Shown here piece by piece: positions 60,271-64,000 of a stretch of 64,000 nucleotides of DNA. Every line of letters begins with the position of its first letter. The first letter of the stretch is position 1. Below the pieces are notes generated by a model. It was not told the DNA's origin. It saw only the letters and a program-made list of their open reading frames with translations, and did not search any database. The translations under genes and the position numbers were made by a program. Origin of the DNA: an uncultured Pseudomonadales bacterium (GTDB lineage Bacteria; Patescibacteriota; Microgenomatia; UBA1400; RBG-16-45-19); assembly GCA_964441155.1 (NCBI GenBank), contig CAYYKL010000001.1:216393-280392 (forward strand), read 5' to 3'.

Positions 60271-61154
60271 TGGTCATGCATAAACCAACAGTATTGGTTA
60301 CTGGGCTTTCCGGACTCATCGGCACACGGTTTCTTGAACTCTATGGAAACGATTTCAACCTGATCAACGTAGATTTAACTACTGGCGTTGATATTACTAA
60401 CCAAGAGCAAGTAACCACTTGTTTTGCAAGTGCGAAAGCCAGCGCGGTTATCCACTTGGCAGCCTACACCAACGTGAAAGCTGCGTTCGAACAAACAGGA
60501 GATCGTCAAGGATTGTGCTACCAAGTAAATGTTGAAGGCACACGCAATGTAGTCCAAGCAGCTCAAGAATTTGGCGCATATCTCATTCATATTTCCACTG
60601 ATTTCGTGTTTGATGGCACTAAAGAGGAAGCCTACACTGAAGAGGATCAACCTCATCCCATCGAATGGTACAGTCAGACAAAATTTGAAGCCGAAACAAT
60701 TGTCAGAGATCAAGCTCCAGCAAGTGTCATATTGCGCTTGGCCTACCCTTATCAAGCCAAGCCAAACAGGCCTGATTTTTTAAACGCCATGATTTCAGAC
60801 TTAACTCACAATCGACTTCCCCCAATGTTTGCCGATCACTACATTACCCCAACATTTGCAGACGATTTAGCAAAGGTGTTCGCCTATTGCATTAACGAGC
60901 ATCCGCAAGGCATCTACCACGCTGTTGGTTCCTCATGGCACACTGACTATGACATCGCCCAGCTAACTAAAGGAGTTTTTAATTTAACCGGTAAGGTGCA
61001 AAAGGGCTCGCTCGAAGCTTACGTGCTCAAGGCCAAACGGCCATATCAAAAACAACTAAGGATGAGCAATAAAAAGTTGTCCAATGATTTTAATTTAGAA
61101 ATGCGCACACTTCCCGAGGGCTTGGAGCAAGTGAGACTGCAACTACTTGCTTAA
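60249..61154 (+). CDS. dTDP-4-dehydrorhamnose reductase-like NAD(P)-dependent reductase (RmlD-like)
   Basis: VLVTGLSGLIGTRF Rossmann motif. YSQTK matches the catalytic YxxxK. Confidence 0.6.
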   Translation: MGTVKRLMVMHKPTVLVTGLSGLIGTRFLELYGNDFNLINVDLTTGVDITNQEQVTTCFASAKASAVIHLAAYTNVKAAFEQTGDRQGLCYQVNVEGTRNVVQAAQEFGAYLIHISTDFVFDGTKEEAYTEEDQPHPIEWYSQTKFEAETIVRDQAPASVILRLAYPYQAKPNRPDFLNAMISDLTHNRLPPMFADHYITPTFADDLAKVFAYCINEHPQGIYHAVGSSWHTDYDIAQLTKGVFNLTGKVQKGSLEAYVLKAKRPYQKQLRMSNKKLSNDFNLEMRTLPEGLEQVRLQLLA

Positions 61155-61808
61155 ATCAACCTTTTTGCTATTAGCATCTCTCCAGGCTTTTATCTTGGCG
61201 TGATCACCGCTTAATAGAACTTGAGGCACACTCCAACCTTTATATGTTGCAGGGCGCGTGTAATGTGGGTATTCGATGTACCCTGGGTTTTTGTGAGACT
61301 CATCAACAATTGATTCTTGATCTCCAACGACACCAGGTATCAAGCGAACAATTGAGTCGACCACAACCATAGCTGGCAATTCACCCCCCGTTAAGACGTA
61401 GTCACCGATAGAAATAACTTCATCCACCAAGTGTTCATACACCCGCTGATCAATGCCTTCGTAATGGCCGCACACCAAGATCAAATGATCGATGTGTGTA
61501 AATGACTCGGCTTTTTGCTGAGTATAGCGCTCGCCCTTTGCCGATAACAGGATAGTTTTTAGTTTAGAGCTTTCAGCTTTAAGTTTTAGATCTTCTAACG
61601 CTTTATCGATCGGCTCTACCATCATCACCATTCCTGCCCCGCCACCAAACGGACGGTCGTCAACTTGATGATGAACGTCACTGGTCCAATCGCGCAAATT
61701 GTGAACTGCAATCTTGACTAATTCTTTATTAGCAGCCCGCTTCAAAATGCTCTCCTGAAAGGGACCAGTGAACATATTAGGAAAAATGGTCAGAATATCG
61801 ATCTGCAT
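61143..61808 (-). CDS. trmD: tRNA (guanine37-N1)-methyltransferase
   Basis: MQIDILTIFPNMF ... DRPFGGGAGMVM (SPOUT knot). Confidence 0.88.
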   Translation of the reverse strand: MQIDILTIFPNMFTGPFQESILKRAANKELVKIAVHNLRDWTSDVHHQVDDRPFGGGAGMVMMVEPIDKALEDLKLKAESSKLKTILLSAKGERYTQQKAESFTHIDHLILVCGHYEGIDQRVYEHLVDEVISIGDYVLTGGELPAMVVVDSIVRLIPGVVGDQESIVDESHKNPGYIEYPHYTRPATYKGWSVPQVLLSGDHAKIKAWRDANSKKVDLSK

Positions 61809-61815
61809 AAGTTTA

Positions 61816-62403
61816 TCAACCAAAAAATGTTATGTATCCTCGGAGAAAAAAGCTCGCTATATTCAATGCAATACCCAGAATTAATACTGATAAGAGAACG
61901 AGAATTTTTTTCCAAATGCTCGGACTATAATTCTTGTCGAGATTATTCTTGAAAAATATTGAAATTGCCCGCATTTCTTCTTTAGTAAGCACTCTGATGG
62001 GAATAGAGACCCCTGTTTTTAATGTTGAAGCGGTTAAAACTCTGGAGGTGATTCTGAATTGTTTGAGAGATGAAAAAGGAATAGTAACTATAGACTTGTC
62101 AGTTTTTTTAACCTTGATATTAGAGGAAGAGAATTCAATCTCGTAATCCTTGCCCGACCGCTTTATATAGGAAAAGATAAAAATAAACTTATAAAATCTA
62201 TATAAGCAAAACACCACGAGCAGCCCGTAGCCGAATGCTCTAATATCCTGTTCTTGAGAAAAAAGTCCTGGAATACCCGCCAAAACAAGTCCGAGAGCAA
62301 CGGGGCTAATAAAATGTTCAAATTTGTTTGCAAACCCCGAAATATCCCACAGTTCTTTGATGGAATAGGTAAATTTTTTTGGGGCAATTTTTGCTAGAGT
62401 CAT
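61816..62403 (-). CDS. hypothetical membrane protein (bacterial PH/YcxB-like topology)
   Basis: 195 aa with two TM pairs flanking a soluble segment. Confidence 0.3.
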   Translation of the reverse strand: MTLAKIAPKKFTYSIKELWDISGFANKFEHFISPVALGLVLAGIPGLFSQEQDIRAFGYGLLVVFCLYRFYKFIFIFSYIKRSGKDYEIEFSSSNIKVKKTDKSIVTIPFSSLKQFRITSRVLTASTLKTGVSIPIRVLTKEEMRAISIFFKNNLDKNYSPSIWKKILVLLSVLILGIALNIASFFLRGYITFFG

Positions 62404-62414
62404 GGTGAGGATTA

Positions 62415-63278
62415 TTATACTCTTGGCGGCAAAAAATGAGTTTCATTAATTGAATAGCAACCGCGATTATCTACAGAAATCATTCCTTCGAGCAAAAGAT
62501 CTTGAACTACAGCTTCGAGTTTTTCTGCATCAATTAAATCTAGCGCTTTCAAAGCATCTCCTGTGGCATGTGTATGCATGGTTAAATGCTTAATTACTAA
62601 GCCTCGTAGCCTTCGTTTTGAACCTATAAACTGACTTTGTTTTGCATAGGATTTGCTCTTCTTCGATGCATTTCCCTCTGTCAGTTTCAGAAACGAGCCA
62701 TAATCCATAAGCGCGTTATACCAATCTTTTGGATTATCTCGATAAAGAGTTGCTTCAATTAGTGGCATTAATTCTTTATCAGAAACGGACTGACTTTTGG
62801 CGAAAAAATGATGAATGTAGACGGAGCGAATATTTGTCTCAATCATAACCACAGGCTCATCAAAAGCAAAAGCTCTAACTGCGGCGGCTGTATAGGGACC
62901 GATTCCTGGAAGCTTGGTTAACGGATCTTTCTTATGGTTTTCTGCGGCTTTGAATGAATCGAAACCTCCTCCGTATTCATTCTCTAACACCTGTGCAGCC
63001 TTCCATAAGTTTTGCCCACGGCGGTTATACCCAAGGCCCGACCAATAGATTAAGATTTCTCGCAAGGTGCCTCTTGCTAAAGATTGCACATCGGGAAAGC
63101 GTTCTATCCAGGCCAAATATTTGGGCATGACTCGCTCTACTTGGGTTTGCTGCAGCATAACTTCTGAAACCATAATCTTGTATGGATCAGTCGTTTGCCT
63201 CCAGGGCAAATCCCGCTTGTGCGCAGCGTAGTAATCCATCACTAAAGCCCTGAATGATTTTATTTGTTTGTTATTCAC
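62415..63278 (-). CDS. mutY: HhH-GPD base-excision DNA glycosylase, MutY/Nth family (A/G-specific adenine glycosylase-like)
   Basis: VSEVMLQQTQV; LPGIGPYTAAAV (HhH-GPD). Confidence 0.7.
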   Translation of the reverse strand: MNNKQIKSFRALVMDYYAAHKRDLPWRQTTDPYKIMVSEVMLQQTQVERVMPKYLAWIERFPDVQSLARGTLREILIYWSGLGYNRRGQNLWKAAQVLENEYGGGFDSFKAAENHKKDPLTKLPGIGPYTAAAVRAFAFDEPVVMIETNIRSVYIHHFFAKSQSVSDKELMPLIEATLYRDNPKDWYNALMDYGSFLKLTEGNASKKSKSYAKQSQFIGSKRRLRGLVIKHLTMHTHATGDALKALDLIDAEKLEAVVQDLLLEGMISVDNRGCYSINETHFLPPRV

Positions 63279-63401
63279 TATGATGTTGCATTCTTGAGAC
63301 CTTAATATTTATGTTCTAGTTTTTAGTTGTTAGCTTTTAACTTGCATCACTAGTGGCTAACCACTGTTCCCTATTGCCTTCAATAACCGTATGATTATGC
63401 C

Positions 63402-64000
63402 ATGCTTGCCAAAATTATTTCAGGGGCAACGGTTGGCTTGGATGCACTTCCGGTCGAAGTCGAAGTTGATGTGGCAAGCCGCGGTTTAGTTTCCCTCACG
63501 GTTGTCGGTTTGCCCGACAAAGCGGTCCAGGAAGCAAGAGAAAGAGTCAGAGCAGCGCTGGATAATGCCGGATGCAGCTTTCCCGCTAAACGCATCACGG
63601 TGAACTTGGCTCCGGCAGATCTACCAAAACAAGGTCCATCATACGATTTGCCCATAGCCTTAGGCATCTTACTTGCCAGTGGCGAGATTGAAGCCCAGGT
63701 AGAAGATAGTGTTTTTTTGGGGGAATTATCACTCGATGGCAGTGTCAGGCGAGTTACTGGTTCTTTGCCATTGACCCTCATGGCAAAGCAAGCAGGTTAC
63801 CGGAAAATTTTTTTGCCGGCAGATAATGCCCACGAAGCCTCAGTGGTTGATGGCATTGAAATTTATGCGGTTGCCTCTCTGCAGGCATTGATTGACCATC
63901 TCACCGGAAAAGCACTCATTTCAAAAATTGAGCATCAAAACATCAATTCATTTTTGTCCCACACGCATGCAGAAGTCGATTTCAAAGATATCGCCGGCCA
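63402..64000 (+). CDS. comM: YifB/ComM-family Mg-chelatase-like AAA ATPase, N-terminal Lon-like domain (partial; continues past window end)
   Basis: Hand translation gives MLAKIISGATVGLDALPVEVEVDVASRGLVSLTVVGLPDKAVQEARERVRAAL...LSLDGSVRRV. No stop before the window end. Confidence 0.8.
   Translation, partial: MLAKIISGATVGLDALPVEVEVDVASRGLVSLTVVGLPDKAVQEARERVRAALDNAGCSFPAKRITVNLAPADLPKQGPSYDLPIALGILLASGEIEAQVEDSVFLGELSLDGSVRRVTGSLPLTLMAKQAGYRKIFLPADNAHEASVVDGIEIYAVASLQALIDHLTGKALISKIEHQNINSFLSHTHAEVDFKDIAG

Noticed and set aside
1-64000. Alternative genetic code (TGA=Gly/Trp), as in some candidate-phyla bacteria
   Set aside because: Long conserved genes (rpoB, lon, pilB) are intact under the standard code, and TGA is used as a genuine stop, for example at 12069-12071 where it overlaps the next start (ATGA). 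Only the single DinB-like TGA looks suspicious.
1-64000. CRISPR arrays, rRNA genes, IS transposases
   Set aside because: No regularly spaced direct repeats, no rRNA-like conserved stretches, and no transposase-like ORFs (DDE/HTH) were seen.

Overview
This window looks like a bacterial chromosomal segment that uses the standard genetic code. TGA terminates genes (for example at 12069-12071), and rpoB, lon, pilB and the other long genes read as intact ORFs. The gene content suggests a reduced-genome, possibly CPR/Patescibacteria-like organism, but that is inference only: archaeal-type PPAT, a type IV pilus (T4P) locus, many small membrane/secreted hypotheticals, and GC mostly about 45-55%.

The ORF track omits two genes that run off the window edges. 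I hand-translated the minus strand from 2043 downward as the N-terminal two-thirds of RNA polymerase beta-prime (rpoC), and 63402 to the end on the plus strand as a YifB/ComM-family ATPase.

Main blocks, in order:
- rpoB-rpoC (1-5586).
- A T4P locus (6027-17233): a GT-C/GT39 membrane glycosyltransferase, pilO, a pilM-pilN fusion, three translationally coupled minor pseudopilins, pilC, pilB and a CheY-like receiver.
- Housekeeping genes (uppP, lon, polyprenyl synthase, xseAB, udk, rlmN, trmD, a mutY-family gene).
- A predicted PPAT-DUF359 fusion.
- A visibly lower-GC stretch (about 43.1-49.8 kb) holding tRNA-Gln(CUG), att-like repeats and a split, order-swapped PEP-utilising-enzyme pair.
- A glycosylation locus (52.4-61.2 kb): GT39, a polyprenol-phosphate GT2 with a GtrA-like C-terminus, gmd, an Rmd-like gene, a Ugd-like gene, an RmlC-like and an RmlD-like gene.

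No CRISPR array, rRNA or obvious prophage was seen. Start coordinates are from the ORF track unless a better internal start is argued.
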